Part shown: piece by piece, positions 182,400 to 198,202 of the stretch
How positions within the stretch are numbered: the first letter of the stretch is position 1
Layout: every line of letters starts with the position of its first letter
Assembly (NCBI RefSeq): GCF_000400465.1
Contig: NW_008806285.1
Span: 20,001-268,000 of the forward strand
Direction of reading: 5' to 3'
Length of the DNA: 248,000 bases
DNA from: Wallemia ichthyophaga EXF-994
Lineage: Eukaryota > Fungi > Basidiomycota
Translations under genes and position numbers: made by a program
Notes under the pieces: model-generated
The model's database searches: none
Seen by the model: the letters and a program-made list of their open reading frames with translations, nothing else
What the model was told of the DNA's origin: nothing

Positions 182400-183413
182400 C
182401 ATATATTCTAAGAAGTAAATTTATTGAGGATTGGGTGTTACATTCCAAGGACCAGGATCCTAAAGGTTAGGTTAGACTGGATAGCGAGATGGATGTTGCA
182501 CTTACTGAAAATATGTTGTCTTCGCTCTTACCTCCAAAGTCTTTAGGTAAGTTCTCTGCTGGGATTTGCTTGAGCAATTCATCCTTGTAGGATTTGCCAA
182601 GAATCACAATCTTGGAGACGGTCACTGGGTCTAACCATCCCTTAACTACGCTCCAGACAGTAGTGAAGAGAAATGGAGCATTGATAATGTAGAATTTACC
182701 CATGGTTTCAGGGCTATTTTGCGGTTTGTGAGACCATTGCCAAATCTCTATGTCTTCACTCACTAGTAATTTTGGCCGATGTTGCTAGCTTGTGCGACAT
182801 AGTCTTTAACATCGTAGAAGCTCTTTATTCCGACGTTGTGCATGTCAAGGATAGTGCAAGAAGTTTCAATGTGCTTGCCTGATGCTTTAGAGCAAGCTGG
182901 GAATCTAGAGTCAAAGCACTTCTCGTACTCGTAAACGAGATGCTTGAGCATGCGCTCAGCTGTGGTAGCCTTATAAAGTTCTGGGACGTTGAGGTATCCG
183001 AGTCTTTCAATATAAACGGGTCTGCCATCCTGTGGAATGTTAAAATGTCACTTAAAAAGGAAATAACGAACTTTATCAGTTTTGTAGTAGAACTTTGGGT
183101 AGTACTTGTTGATAATTTCTAATTCTTTTTGATCAAATTCCGATCTGCTTAAATGTTAACGGGTGTGCAACATGACCAACTGTCACACCAACTCTTTGAT
183201 AGCGTCGACGTTGAACTCTTTTCTCCACTTCTCAGCAGCGTCAAGCATTTCTTCAGCCTTTGCAACATCGAATTTCCTAGCTCTAAGGAATCTAAGGAGA
183301 CATCTATCGTCATGTCTCTTTTCGTTGAAATATTCCTTCGACTTGATAGTCTCCCTGAATTGGTTTAATCCCTGCTTTTGCTCTGCGCTCAAGTCTTCCA
183401 AAGTACCCGACAT
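182400..183413 (-). CDS. SEC14: Phosphatidylinositol transfer protein Sec14
   Basis: [11 protein letters not shown]; HKTDKDGRP; [14 protein letters not shown]. Confidence 0.95.
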
Positions 183414-183528
183414 GATGGTTGATTGTAAATATCAGAACATCGCGCAGTAATATCGATATAAAGACAAAAATTTACAATTAACTAAACAATTAGATTTAAA
183501 CGCTTATCTACACTTAATAGCTCTATGA

Positions 183529-184886
<1,358 letters not shown>

Positions 184887-185081
184887 TCATGCTCGTCTTT
184901 TCGTCAAAGAAGAATCGCTCTTAGCTCCGTGCTGCGGGATGAAAATTTGATTTGACGGGCACGCGAAATACATCAGCGGTAGCCATCATCGCCCTCGGTT
185001 CCTCAATGAAACATTTTACCGATCGGCATTAAGACAACTTTAACCTCGTGGGATCAGCATAAATTATCACTATACGTAAAA

Positions 185082-188000
185082 TCATTTAAGAAATTTCCTA
185101 AAATCGTCCTGTGTCTTCGGGTTTTTTGCAGTTGTGCTAGACGCAGTCAATTTGGGGTCGGGATTGTTTCCGCGATCGCCAATTTTTGATCTTCGGGTGT
185201 TTCTAGGAACAAACTGTCCGCCAGAAACCGCAGCGTCGGATTTTTCCGCTACATTTTTATTTTCCGACAAGCTCAGTGGTTTTTTGTGACTAGCTTCGTC
185301 GGATAAACTAAGTTGCTGTCCATTAATTGATGGTGCCTGCATCAGCATGACTTTCGACATTTCCTGTCGATCAGTCTTTAGATGTTGATTGAAATGCATT
185401 TACGCTAGCGCACCTTATCATTCTCAAATTCCACTACAGCAGCACCTTCATTACCATTCTCATTGTACCAGACCTTCTTCACTGGTGCAAACACCTCAAA
185501 TGTTTGCTGTATGAAGGATTCTTTGGTTCCGTCTGGTATGCCATCTACCCTGATTGATCTGCCAAAGCGTGGTTTAGCTGGTGCATTTGCTTGTCTAGTT
185601 CGTGTGAATTGAAGACTGATTCTGATTCTAATAAGTGCTTACCTAGGCTTCCTGTTTGACATTGTTACGCTTATGTGTTTGCCTTTGACTTCAACGTTGT
185701 TCATTCGCAGCGCATTTTGAGCTGATGACTGGCAAGAATCAGCACAAACTTTTTCACACAAATAAAGACTTACAGAATCTTCAAATTCAATGTGAGCAAA
185801 ACCTTTGCAGCTTCCGTCATCCCTCAATCCTAACTTTGCTTGCTTAATTGCGCCAAACTGTTGTGATATCAGCTATTTTCCCACCTAAGACTACAACTCA
185901 CAGGTTCAAAAAGTTGACGCAAATCTGCCTCTGTTATCTTTTTGCCTAGCTCTCTAACAAATATCTCCTGCCCATTTACGAAATCATCTGAACGTGACTT
186001 ACGCTTGGATGGGTCTGAGATAGCAACGCTGAGAGAATGATTATCTTCCTGAACTTTTCCATTAAGTTCTAGTGAGGCTTGAGCTGATGCCTAATTGGAG
186101 TAAGTAAAGCATTTCAAATGTAATTACATACCGGGTCTAAGAAGGTGACATAAGCAAAGCGGCGTGTTGTCTTGATCGAACGGCTAGGCCATCTCGTATC
186201 GAAAATTGTGCCATACTATTAACGATTAGCATGAAGATTCATGTGTATTGACGATACTCACTGGTTCAAAAAGAGCCCTCAAGCTATCATCCTTAGTGCC
186301 TTCAGGAAAATTTGTCACATAGAGCGTGGAGGACCATCCCATAACAACTTTGATTTCGACTTCCTCGATGCGCTTCTTATCTTTCGTAAGAGCCGCAGGA
186401 ACATCATCCTGAAAAATCTTAGTACGGCATAACATAATGTTGATTACGTACCCGACTCAAAAACTCAACAGTTGCCGCTGATTGATCTTTAAGATCTTTG
186501 ACAGTGACTTCGCGCATATCACCACACTTTGAAATAAGAATTAAGAGGGATTCTTCCACTAGGCTTGGAATACTCACATCTTTGAATAGCAAATTGACAT
186601 CTGTGTTGTTGCATCCTAATGGAAGACCGCTGACTATTACAGTTGTGTTTTCGCGATCTCTGCTATCTCGTCAGTTATCATTGGGGTTGGACTTGGTTCT
186701 CACCTCTTCAACTTATCTACAGTTTGTTGAACCTTCTGCTTCTTCGCGCTCTCATTGTTATTGGATTCATCACCAGCTTTTCTCTTGTTGTTTGTGCTAC
186801 CTGAGAAATCAAGTGAAGGGTCTACAGCAGTCTCCTCAGTTGCTGGAGCAGCTACTGCTACTTGAGGTTGCTGTTGTGTGTAATTTTCGTAAGCTTGTGC
186901 TGCTTCCTGTATTTTGATTAGGTAACTCTTAAAAATACAAACCACTTACATTCAGACGACGATCAGCTAATAATTGGCTGGCTTTTGTGATGCTGATTTG
187001 TGCTTGCATTTGAGTATCGAGGCTTCCATATTGGTCCTCAAATTCTTTGTAAGCTTGATGAACGGCTTCAGGATAATCGATGAATTGTCGTGGTGTTGCT
187101 GTTTTGTAGACAGACCTGGCTTTGTCGTAATTTTCATTTCGCGTCTCGAAAGCAGCCCAATCTAACCAAACAGAATAACTACGCTTCTGTGTATTGTTCT
187201 TAGACATGCGTTCAAAAATTTGAGAAGCTGCACTGGTCGCGCTCTCCTCTTTAACACGTTCGTGCCATGATATTGCATACTTTTCTATTCTATTAAATGG
187301 ATCTCGACTTTTGACCCTGTCGAGACCATCTTCAAGGATTGCTGCCACTTCTGCATATGCAACAGCTACATCAACATTCTCCAACGTGTGCCTCAAGTAA
187401 GAAGCTCTCGCTGAAATCAGCGCTACTAAATCATCGACTCTTGATTCAATAAGACCTGTTGAGATTGCCCTTGCATATGTTTCTTCAGCCTTCTCTGCAG
187501 GGTGTTTGAATTGCTCGTGGGCTCTGATCAAAGAGCTCCAAAGTTCTCCTGACCAGGGACATACTTTAACGGAGCGCTCGATAACATTCATTACCTTATC
187601 AGGCCTCTCTTTGTTATTAATCATCCAGTTGACGTATGTCACCCAAATCTTAGCAACGCTGGTAGCAATAGAATCATCGGTAGAGCCAGAAGGACCTGAG
187701 CCATCTTCACCTAACAGACTGTTGAATGGGTAGCAATCTCTTACTGCTCTTTCAAATAAGCCAACAATGAGATTTCGATTAGCAAGCTTCGGTTTTCCAT
187801 TTGGTGATTGTGCAAAGTTAATGTATGCGAGATATGCTTCGACGGTATAGTTGGAGCCCTGACATGACATTTTAGCCAGCAAATTACCATTCAAAGCGTT
187901 ACTTACAAGAGCAATCTCGTATTGATCATAATCCTCATATAAAGTCTGACCCTTTTTATAGTCCTTATTAGCGGCAACCATATGAGATTCGTATTGAGAA

Positions 188001-188827
188001 TTGTCGTAAGCTGTTATAAAACTTGAATAGGAACTGAAAGTATCTGCATGATCTGGAGCAACGAATGAGTGCAATTCAATTGTATGACAATAGCTTACTA
188101 GCATGGGGTATCTTGAGCCTAGCCAAGTAGAATTGTTGCATTCTTTGTATCGCTTCAGGTCTATCCTCACGTTAATGATCATCAAACGCAATGGAACGAG
188201 CTCACTTAGGTGATTTCTAATGGAATAAGCTAGGAGTTGAATGATAAAAAGCCTTACCTCAATTAAAGATTGCTCCCAATCTCTCCATTTGTCCCATATT
188301 TCGCAGCTCTGAACACGATAAGCATATGTAACCTACTAGAAAGAAAACGTACACCGGTGAGATCCCATTCTATGCCTTCATAAGCTGTACCAAATGCTTG
188401 TCTAATGCTCTGTTCGCTAAAGACTTGCTCTGTTTTTCCTTGAGCTGAACCGTGTATTAGGTTATCGATGTAAAATAACGCAATCTTTACGGAAGAAGGA
188501 ACATCTTGAATGGCAGAGATGAAGGCATTGTGTTTATCGTTATGTGCATCAATAGGGATACTTTTGATATTATCAAGGTGGAAAACTGCATCAAGTCAGA
188601 GGAATATATATAGAGAGGGGATAGAAACCTTCACCGACAACCCAAGTCTGCCTCCAATGAGCCCAAGTCTGATGGAATTGATCTGCCATACCAAGTTGGC
188701 GTGTAGCATTCGTTGCTCTAACAAAGGCGTGGAAAGAGAGATAAGGATATTCAAGTGATCCTAAAGCCATTTCTAACGATTGTAGGGAATTGAATTGGGT
188801 GATTTCATCTGGAATATCATCTTTCAT
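185082..188827 (-). CDS. PRP24: Prp24/SART3 U4/U6 recycling factor (HAT plus RRM)
   Basis: HAT repeats (ERSVKVCPWSGELW); several RRMs; C-terminal KTQDDFRKFL. Confidence 0.88.
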
Positions 188828-189067
188828 TTCAACGTTGACTGTAAACGACGAAGATGGTTGAAGAAAGTGGGTAAATGTAATATCGATTTGGTTTAAATTT
188901 AATTCAATTTAAAGATTCATCAGATAAGCCTCAGAGCCTTAATCTTCCAAAGCCAGATCACATCGTGTGCGTTGTCTTGTGTTTAATTGCATGTAATTCT
189001 CACTCGCATCGAATACAGCGAAGAACACGCAAGGCTACAATCCGGCAGCAGATCTCCTCACAGTCTA

Positions 189068-190700
189068 ATGGCTGATCAATTTGAGAAAATGGAATTTGGT
189101 GCGCCCGAAGGACTCAAGTGAGTGACAGAGAAACCAATTTGCTGTTCTAACAGGACAAGACCAACAAATCAAATGCAATCATCCACTCCTTCGACCACTC
189201 CAAGTCTTTCTCACTCTCAACTATCCCCAGAACCTTCCAATAATGTCGATAATGATTCTGCTCAAGTTATAACTCCTTGGGATGTTCAGGGCGCTGTCGT
189301 TGACGGTAAAACGGTAGCTGTCGACTATGACAAGCTTATTCTCCAGTTTGGTACAAAGCCTGTCGATAAAAGTCTATTGGAAAGATTTGAAAGGCTGACA
189401 CAGCGTAAAGCTCACGTCTATCTCAGAAGAGGCATGTTCTTCTCTCATAGGTGTGTCATAACCTGGACTATGATCGATTCGTTAATCCCTTTCAAGAGAG
189501 CTTGATCGTATTCTTGATAGATATGAACAAGGAAAGCCTTTCTACTTATATACAGGTAGAGGTCCAAGTAGCGACAGCATGCACTTGGGTCATATGATTC
189601 CTTTCATGTTTACAAAGTGGTTACAAGATGTCTTTAATTGCCCATTGGTCATCCAGTTGACCGGTAAGTGACGTAAGATCGAAGCAATCTATAATTCAAT
189701 TTTATCAGATGACGAAAAGTTTCTTTTCAAAAGCAATCTCAAGATTGAGCAGACACAAAAGTTTGCCAGCGAAAACGCCAAGGACATTGTGGCGCTTGGA
189801 TTCAACCCAGACAAAACACTCATCTTCTCTGACTTTGATTTCGTCGGGTGAGTCTACGATTTCTCAATTATTTGCTTCTAATTATAATCAGAGGTCCATT
189901 CTATCACAACGTCGTTAGAATATCAAAGTTGATCACCTACAATCAAGCCAAAGCAGCATTCGGCTTTAATGAATCTGACTCAATTGGAAAGATACACTTT
190001 TGTTCAATTCAAGCTGCGCCATCATTTAGCAATAGTTTCCCAAACATATTTGGCTCCAAACACGATATACCGTGTTTGATTCCTTGCGCAATCGATCAGG
190101 ATCCTTACTTTAGAATAACGCGCGATGTTGCAGCCAAATTAAAATATCCAAAACCTGCTTTGTTACATAGCAAGTTTTTCCCCGCATTACAAGGATCTCA
190201 AACAAAGATGAGCGCTTCTGATACTAATTCTTCTATATACATGACGGACAAACCGAACGAAATCAAAAACAAAATGAATAAGCACGCATTCTCTGGAGGT
190301 CAAGCATTGGCCGAAGATCACAGAAAGTACGGCGGTAACCCTGATGTTGACGTTTCGTATCAGTATCTTGGATTCCTGATGGATGATGATGATGAATACA
190401 AGAAAATTGCTGAAGTAAGTATTGAAAGTGATCGTGTTTATTCTACTCACCTCGTAATTAGGAATATCGTGCCGGTAACATACTCTCAGGTGAAATGAAG
190501 AAACTTTGCATCGGAGAATTGCAAAAGTTTGTTGCAAATTTCCAAGAAGCCAAGTCCAAAGTTACTAATGAAATGTTGCAATCCTTTATGGATCCTCAAA
190601 AGATCATCAATGGCTTTGATGGTGGGTGTCCTCTCAGATGCTGATGAAACTTTTCTTACTTGAAGAACTAGTCTTAAACACGCAAACCAAATAATAAGGT
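189068..190700 (+). CDS. WRS1: Cytoplasmic tryptophanyl-tRNA synthetase
   Basis: [14 protein letters not shown]; AIDQDPYFR; KMSAS. Confidence 0.97.
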
Positions 190701-190760
190701 TGAAAGCATAACAATATTATAACTGTGTTACGTATTCGTATAAAGGTATATATTTACTAA

Positions 190761-193688
190761 TTACAATTGTTTCTTGCCTTCAACGTTTTGGTGACTTGAA
190801 GGATTAAAGTTGTTAGATTCACCGTTTGTGTTAAAGTTTAACAACTCTGAAGGCTCGCTTTCATTGTCAGATGTTGAGGCCTCGCTGTCAACTTCTGATT
190901 TGTTAAAGTCGTTAATTGGATTGAGTCGTTCAATGTTGCCCTGAGCCGTCGCATCAACCTGCTTAGACTCAAAATCGGAGTTTGTAGCGACACTAGCTGC
191001 ATCGAGTTGCTCGACGCTTTTTGTGTTCATTCTATTCATTTTCAAAGTGTCGCGTACCATATGTCTACCTTTCAAGATCTCCCGTTCTATCTTAAAGCGG
191101 TTTTCGACAATATGTAGTTTCGGCCACGTTGCCAACTGCCCCATTTTCATCATGCGTCTGTTGAAAGTGAGCAACGTTATTTAGTAATTGCAACAACTCA
191201 CTTTAGTTCAGGCCTATCAGGATCCGACAATATATGGATCCAATCTAAAAACCTTGTCCGTGGCCAAATAGTTATGCTACCTTCAAACTGAGAGCTATAA
191301 GTTAGAGTTTTGAAATTCAGTAAACAAACAAACCTTTTGAAGAAATACAGATGAAAAATCCGTTGCTAATATCTCTGGCATTAATTCCAAGTCTCTAATA
191401 ACCTATTATTCGTAAGATTTTTGTTCTGTGGAATACCTCATCAACAACTAACTTTTAAATTTTTGCTTAATTCCAGTTTGAGGTAGGATTCAGCTGCCTA
191501 GTGAATTGTGAGATTGATTGAAATACGCGGTAAATGCCCTTACAGCTAAAAAGAATCCACCACGCCATCCTTGACCTCTACGGTGAGCAACAGGTTTACC
191601 AGCAGATCCTAAAAGATATTAGTCAATTGAAATGATGCGAAACACATTTAACACCTCTTGGAGCGTAGAAAAACAAGTGAACATGAGGGTTTACTTGGGA
191701 CACAATAGCGTGGTTGACTAAAGAGTATTAGAAATGCGAGTAGCGGAATAGTTATACTAAAGTACCATTATAAACTAACAGCTCAAATTAGAGAAAATAA
191801 AACCAATTGAAAGCTGAACTTACGAAGGTTTAACGACTGTAATGGTATATCAACTCTAATAGAACCATCCTTAAATCTAGCACCAAGACTAAAAGGCTCA
191901 ATTGATCCATCTTTACATTTGCGCATCAGGACAACTGGTGGAAGGATCTAGAGTTTGTCAAATTTTGCATCTACGCGCAAAGATAGACATACACCTGGAA
192001 CTGCTGCAGATCTATTCAAATAAATAAGTGAAAAGACTGAACAATAAGTAAAAAAGACTGAAAACGAACTTACGCGATAATGGCTGACCAAATTACGCAG
192101 TCGGGCGCTGTTAGATGATTTAAAATCTTTGTGGGACTGTGTCTATCAGATGGGGTAACAGATATATTCAAAGATCTCCCTGTTCGCTCGTAGGCGTCTT
192201 GAAATGTCATTGTACCTCTAGTGAAAAACATGGACTGTTTTTAAATTAGTCAAATCAAAAGATATGGGATCATCTAACCAACCTTCTCCGCCCAAGCTAT
192301 TGTGTCAAAACGAGCACCCGTGCGCCACCATCTCGGGAACCAAACAGAGAAGGAATCTTCGCAAGCTTTAATCTTATCTGCTAGTTCTGGTCTGGTATAT
192401 GGTCAGAACAGGACGCGCTGTGAACATGAACATGCTTTAATAATCGAGAAAGTTCCTTATCAGTGCGTGTTGCACAAAACGCTGCCACTAATCCACCTGC
192501 AGATGTACCAGTTATCACTCTAGGTAACAAGCCAGCTTCCAGAAATGCCTTAAGAACACCAAAGTGATAGCTTTTCAGACATGTAAGCAGAATTAAAGTT
192601 TGATCGTGCAGCTTACTATCCAAAGGAACCTCCTCCAGACAGACAAAGTGCTGACTGACCAAAATTGCGGTTAAAGGATTTAAAAAGGATACGCTTCTGT
192701 TCGATAGAGACAGAGGGATGATCGCGAAGAGTAGAAAGGGACCTGCTGACTAGAAGACCTAAGCTTTTGTTGTAAAGAGAGTTGATAGCTCACCCTCATT
192801 GATGTAGTCTTCAATCAGGACTTTGCTGCCGTAGAATGTCTAAAATGGCATGAGTTTTTTTTTTATAGAGCTAAAAAGTAAAATCACACACTTCACTATA
192901 AAGACGCGAGCTCTCAGTACCAGCAAAGTTGTTTTTGATGCAAATTTCAAGAACACCTATCAGGCCCTGAATGTCATCATTTTGACGCTTGTCTTTTAAG
193001 GAGGACAAGACCTAGAAATATAAGTAGAGGATAGTAGGAATGAAGAAGCTTACTTTCTGAACGAGTAAGGAATCATAGTAAATGCCGCTGTGATTATCGC
193101 TTTTCCATTTCTCGAGATCCAGATAGTGATCCATTTCAACGGCAGCTTTCTTCCAATCATGGAAATTGGTAGCATTTCTCATCTTTTGCCTTATAACAGC
193201 AGACTTGCCACGATCTGGAGGAGCTAATGAGTAGGTAAACAGGGGAATGAGGAATAACTGACGTTGAATAGCCCATTCCCAGAGATTTACGATTTGACGA
193301 ACAGAGACGTAGAATATGAATTCGATAGTGATAGTGAAGAAAAGGATGATGAGGAGGGGATATCTGATTGTAGTGTATCCCCAGCTAAAGCCAGAAGAAA
193401 CTTTGGGTTTACGTCTCCTGAGTTAGAGAGAGAGGATGAGAAAGAAGGAAGGGAAGGGGAAGAGACGTACCTCTTGACACGTTCATGTACAGGTGCAAAG
193501 TCGCTTAAAGCGGAAATGCGAGTGTCCTCATCGATGGAGTCAATTTGACTAAGGGCGAGTCTAAATGCTTGAATATGACTTTGAATGAGTTAGAATATGT
193601 ATAAATATATGATATTCTTATACCTTTGATCAATATAATCATTATTGAGCTCATCATCAAGCTTATCAATCGATTTTAGTGATGGCAT
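190761..193688 (-). CDS. Patatin-domain triacylglycerol lipase (Tgl3/4-like), many introns
   Basis: YHFGVLKAF..PRVITGTSAG; N-terminal FAPVHERVKR. Confidence 0.85.
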
Positions 193689-193723
193689 CGAGTTTTAAAC
193701 AGATAAATTATCAATAAAATATT

Positions 193724-194372
193724 TTAGAAAGCTATTTTAGTATCCAAATCTTTGACTTCGCTTTCAACTTCCTCGTAGATCACTTTCCATTCTTCAAGCT
193801 TTTCCTTTGAATCTTCTTCACCTTTCTTTGATTTCGCTGACTTTGGTACGACCATCATACAGCTCGTTGGTCTCTTTGTACCAGAAGCTTCACCTAATTC
193901 TTCTTTGCTTGCGACGAATACGTATGGAATGGCAGATTCCTCACAAAGTACGGGGATGTGTGTTAGAATATCAATTGGTGATATGTTAGCAGCCATGATG
194001 ACCACGCTTTGATATGCTTAATGTCTTGTAACTCATGAACAACATAACTCACCCCTTCTCACCCTTCTTTACACCTTTAACAACTTCCTTCACACCACGA
194101 CGAAGATTACGAGTTTTTGCACCTTTTTTTTATTAAATTTTGTGTAACGCTGCTTAAATGATAATCAAACCTTTCTTTACACACTTGTGCACTTTCTTTG
194201 CCAATTTTTTACCTGCTAGTGGATGTGCTATCGGCGATAAACTTTCCATTGGAATTTCATCTTCCTCAGTCTTTGATTTTTTAGATTCCTTCTTAGGGCT
194301 GTCCACTGTAGCAGCTTCAGCATCATCCGCAGTAACCGATTTCCTCTTCTTCTTGGTCTCGTCTTTAGCCAT
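193724..194372 (-). CDS. NHP2: H/ACA snoRNP protein Nhp2
   Basis: LSPIAHPLA; RRGVKEVVK; AANISPIDIL; TKRPTSC. Confidence 0.96.
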
Positions 194373-194959
194373 TTGTGATTGTTTGAGTGGAAGGAGTGTA
194401 AGCTTAATTCAGCGAAACCCTAAGATGGGTTCCCGGGCGGGTGAAATTTAAAATTGACGGAGGAAAATAAGCTGAACGAGCTCATATTTTACGGTGGGTG
194501 AGGTGAAAATTTTCGGCTAAGCGACCATATGCTAGTAATTCTGGACGAAACGAGAAAATTTTTATCAAAAAGGAAAACTAGTGTGAAAGCAAAATATAGA
194601 ACGAATATAGAATGATTACAAAGTTTAAAAAATAAAGAGATTTACACTTGGTTACGCATGTGTTCGACTTCTGGGAAGAAATGAGGCCATCGGGGAGAAA
194701 CAGGTCGGATAACAAAAAGGCGCAGCCACAATCACTTAGTTGATAAATATGACTTATGCAGGAGAGCCATTTCCTTGTCTAACCTCACTATAACATCTTG
194801 CAAATGGCTTCAAACGTTCAATGAAGGGAGAAGATTATCACCAGGGAATTGGATTAATTATTTCGAATTACTATATAAATTATTTATTATTTATAATCAT
194901 ATTCATATTCATGTTTATCTTCTGTTACTTAATCATTCACTCTCATCACCCTCCCAGAA

Positions 194960-196180
194960 ATGCTCGACAAGTCTTTAAAATCTATCCTTGTTTGTAATTA
195001 TTTTATCATAATTACCCTTCTCATTCCTATCTCAGCCTTTATTGGATAGCGGCGATCACTACGGCGCTCATCAACGTACTAGAACTGCCGCTGCCAGGTT
195101 ATCCAGGAATGGCATTCAAGGTCAATATACTGCTATCGAATTGCTTTTCATCGTTTCAAAGTCTTTACTCGAAAAGTCTCAATGGGCTTCCGGCGTAGAC
195201 GTTTCTATCATGATGATTGATGCTATGGCTAAATTAGAGGCTCCTTGGGAGCCTACTCACAAAGCTCACGTTACTCAATTGATTGGATTATGTACCTCTC
195301 AATCTACTTGGAGGAAAAAGCTTATCGACGCTGCCATATCGTCTGTCTTACCTCTTTTTTGTCTTCTTTCGCTTATGTCACTTTAGTTCCAGCGCGAAAT
195401 CTTTCAATATACCCTCCGGTCATCCTGATATTCTTCAATACATAGGTAATCTCTACTACAAAGGTATTTTACATTTTCTTTCTCTTGATTTTTCTTATCT
195501 TCATTCCGTCCAGAATCTTCATTTAACGTGGCAGAACATTACTTGATGCTTGCTTCAAAAAAGGAATCTGCTACAATCCTTGCTAAAATGTACATGCAGT
195601 GGGCACTTTCCAACAATCAATATCATGACGATGTCGGCCGTTTTGCTTTGAGAGGTGTTCTTGGGTAAGTCATGCGTCTGAAAAAGCATGGATTACATTT
195701 CTAACTATCTTAATAGTTTCATATTAGCTGAACAAGTCGAATGTGCCATTACTTTTACTCTTAACTTTTTAATAGAGTTACAATTATCTCATCCTAACAC
195801 TATCCTTGAATCTCAACCTCTTGATGGCATAACTTTAACACAATCACATACCCTAAACTTCGCCCAACTAATCATTGCATGCATTCAAAGGAGCGGTACA
195901 TCAAATATTGCACAGGAGTGGAAGTCATTGGTAGATTATTATCGAAACTCTAGTTCCATTGTAAACACTCAACCTGTTACTCAAGTAGGTATTACTAGCG
196001 TTATATTTCAAGCTAATTAGTATAGGCTTGTGCAAAGATTGGTTCTCTCTACTTTGACATCAAACCAATGCAGTCCAGTGGTAACATGATGGATATCATG
196101 TCTTCTTTGCTCGGTGGTGCCCCTGCTCAATCAATTTCCAAACGTAAGTTGGCAAATACGTCAGTTGGTGAATTAGATTA
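194960..196180 (+). CDS. GET4: GET pathway component Get4
   Basis: GDHYGAHQRTRT; GHPDILQYIG; LNFAQLII; helical repeat. Confidence 0.8.
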
Positions 196181-196317
196181 GACTTGACTATTTTGTTTAA
196201 TTATACATACCGCATCCGCATCGAGGTTCAGTGAGATAGTGCTTTTGACTGTGACATTAAATGTTACTCATTGATTGGGGTTTCAGGCTTTTGAGAACCA
196301 CGCTTATTCAAAAAACT

Positions 196318-198202
196318 GTCCAAAATTACAATCAGAATGGATGCGTAAAAAAATTGATTAGCAAACTCAGCAAATTATTGAGGCTCGAATATATCTTGAC
196401 AGTGATTTATCTATAGTTGATGAATTGTATGTTACACAAAACATGGGCAAGAGTTAAAAATATATCATTAGACGCATTAACGCTTTTAAAGCACGGTGAA
196501 AGACATTTAACTTGCTGTTAGATTCTTGACACGCTAACTCTAGCCACATCACCTACCATACGTCCTTAATATCGCTCTTCTAGGATTTAAACCGCCGAAT
196601 GAAATCCATGACTATTCATATTTATTCTGATCACGCCTTTGTTCAGAATAAATATAAAATTTACATATTATTGGTCTTCGCTGATTACACTTCTTTCTAT
196701 TTGATTGTTCGCTCGTTGAACAAACCATTCATTCCACAACCCAGCAGTCTAAACCAACATAATGGAAGAAGGTTGTAAAGAATTCTAACCGAGTAATATT
196801 CATAGAGAAAACGAAATACTTTTGTTAGGAACAACGGCTGAGAAAAGAATGATAAACAATACAGATATACACTTTGTGGAAAAATTTCGAAAGGCTGAAG
196901 GCTGATGGAAAGAAAAGTGACTAAATTATTGTTCGTAAATGACGGAACTAATCGAGCCTAAGTGAGGGTCTACCTCAAGAATGAAGGACCTTGCACGCCC
197001 ACGGTTGAGGCATTTGGCATATCTGGCGGAGGTACACTTCCCAAGATGGGGTGGTCTTGCGCCAGTGCTCGAGGATCTCAAGCGAAACTGGCCAGGTGTT
197101 TCACCGGCTGACAGGACTAAGGGAAATCACCGCGTGCATGAACGAGGTACATGCTTTGCTTTCTTCTCCTCTTCCTCGCAGCTTATTAAACTTCTTACTT
197201 GTCTTGCGGGGTCTAAGCTTGCTTCAATGCTATCTTCTCTTCATTCTAGAAAAGGATGGGGGTCGTATTCTAGATGTCGTCGACCTCGCACTGCCCATCG
197301 TAATAGGGTGCGATTAGGGGCAAATAAAATTATTGAATGAAGAGCAATTGAAACAAGACTTCATAAAATTCAGGAGTCATTTTGCGATATTTAGGATGGA
197401 AATTTCACCTCCCGCTGAATCTACTAATCATGATGCCATAATTCGAACACTAGGATATGTTAAGGGAATATGTATCTATACTAATCACTATGCGTACTGC
197501 TTCCGGCTAACCTTATCTAGTATATAATGTTTCCTAAGCTAAGCGCTTTGGCTTGGCTGATGCTTGTTCATGATCGTAAAGTGGTAGTGGTGCCAAACTA
197601 TAGAAAAGAGCCATGATTGTATGTCTTTCAAGTTTATTTGCAAGGATCACATTGACTGATCAATTCCCAGAACGTCGCTGGTGTATGATAACCACTGAGT
197701 TGATGCCGGCAGAAGGGAGTAAGTTTCATCAGAGTTTAACAAGTGCGTAAAAAAGTTTTGCAATCATAACAAAATCACATTTATTAATATCTCATAACAG
197801 TTTCACTGCGTTCGAGCCCCACAATAACTTCATCTTTTCTCCCTGAAAAGCTTCCTCATTGCGATTAGCAGGATGACGATAGGATAAATAGGAAAACAAG
197901 ATATATACTCGCTATAGGTAGCTGTAGAAGCAAGTAGAATTGCTACTTAGAGCTCAATTCATTAAGAAGAATTATTGACCGCTTTGGCGGCAAGAGCCCT
198001 ACGTCTATTAAAATCCAGAAAAATTAAAAAATTAACTAGCTAGCTAACCCAAGGTAGTCGCAATAGTCATTATCACTGTAATATTTAGAGCTTTGCAGAA
198101 AGAGGCATGTTTTCTCATTTTGCCAAGCCGACCACTAGACTAACCCTTATAGTTGACATCTGACCCTAACTTTTTCAAGGGCTGCTTAATATGAGTTTTT
198201 AA
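196318..198202 (+). repeat. Left arm of 1885-bp inverted repeat
   Basis: Begins GTCCAAAATTACAATC; reverse complement of 200433-202317. The same ORFs appear mirrored in the ORF track (196981+201654 = 196318+202317). One mismatch seen near the inner end. Confidence 0.97.

Noticed and set aside
196981-197527. ORFs of 119, 88 and 64 aa in the left arm, mirrored at 201108-201654
   Set aside because: They exist twice only because of the inverted repeat, overlap in different frames and carry no recognisable transposase or other domain.
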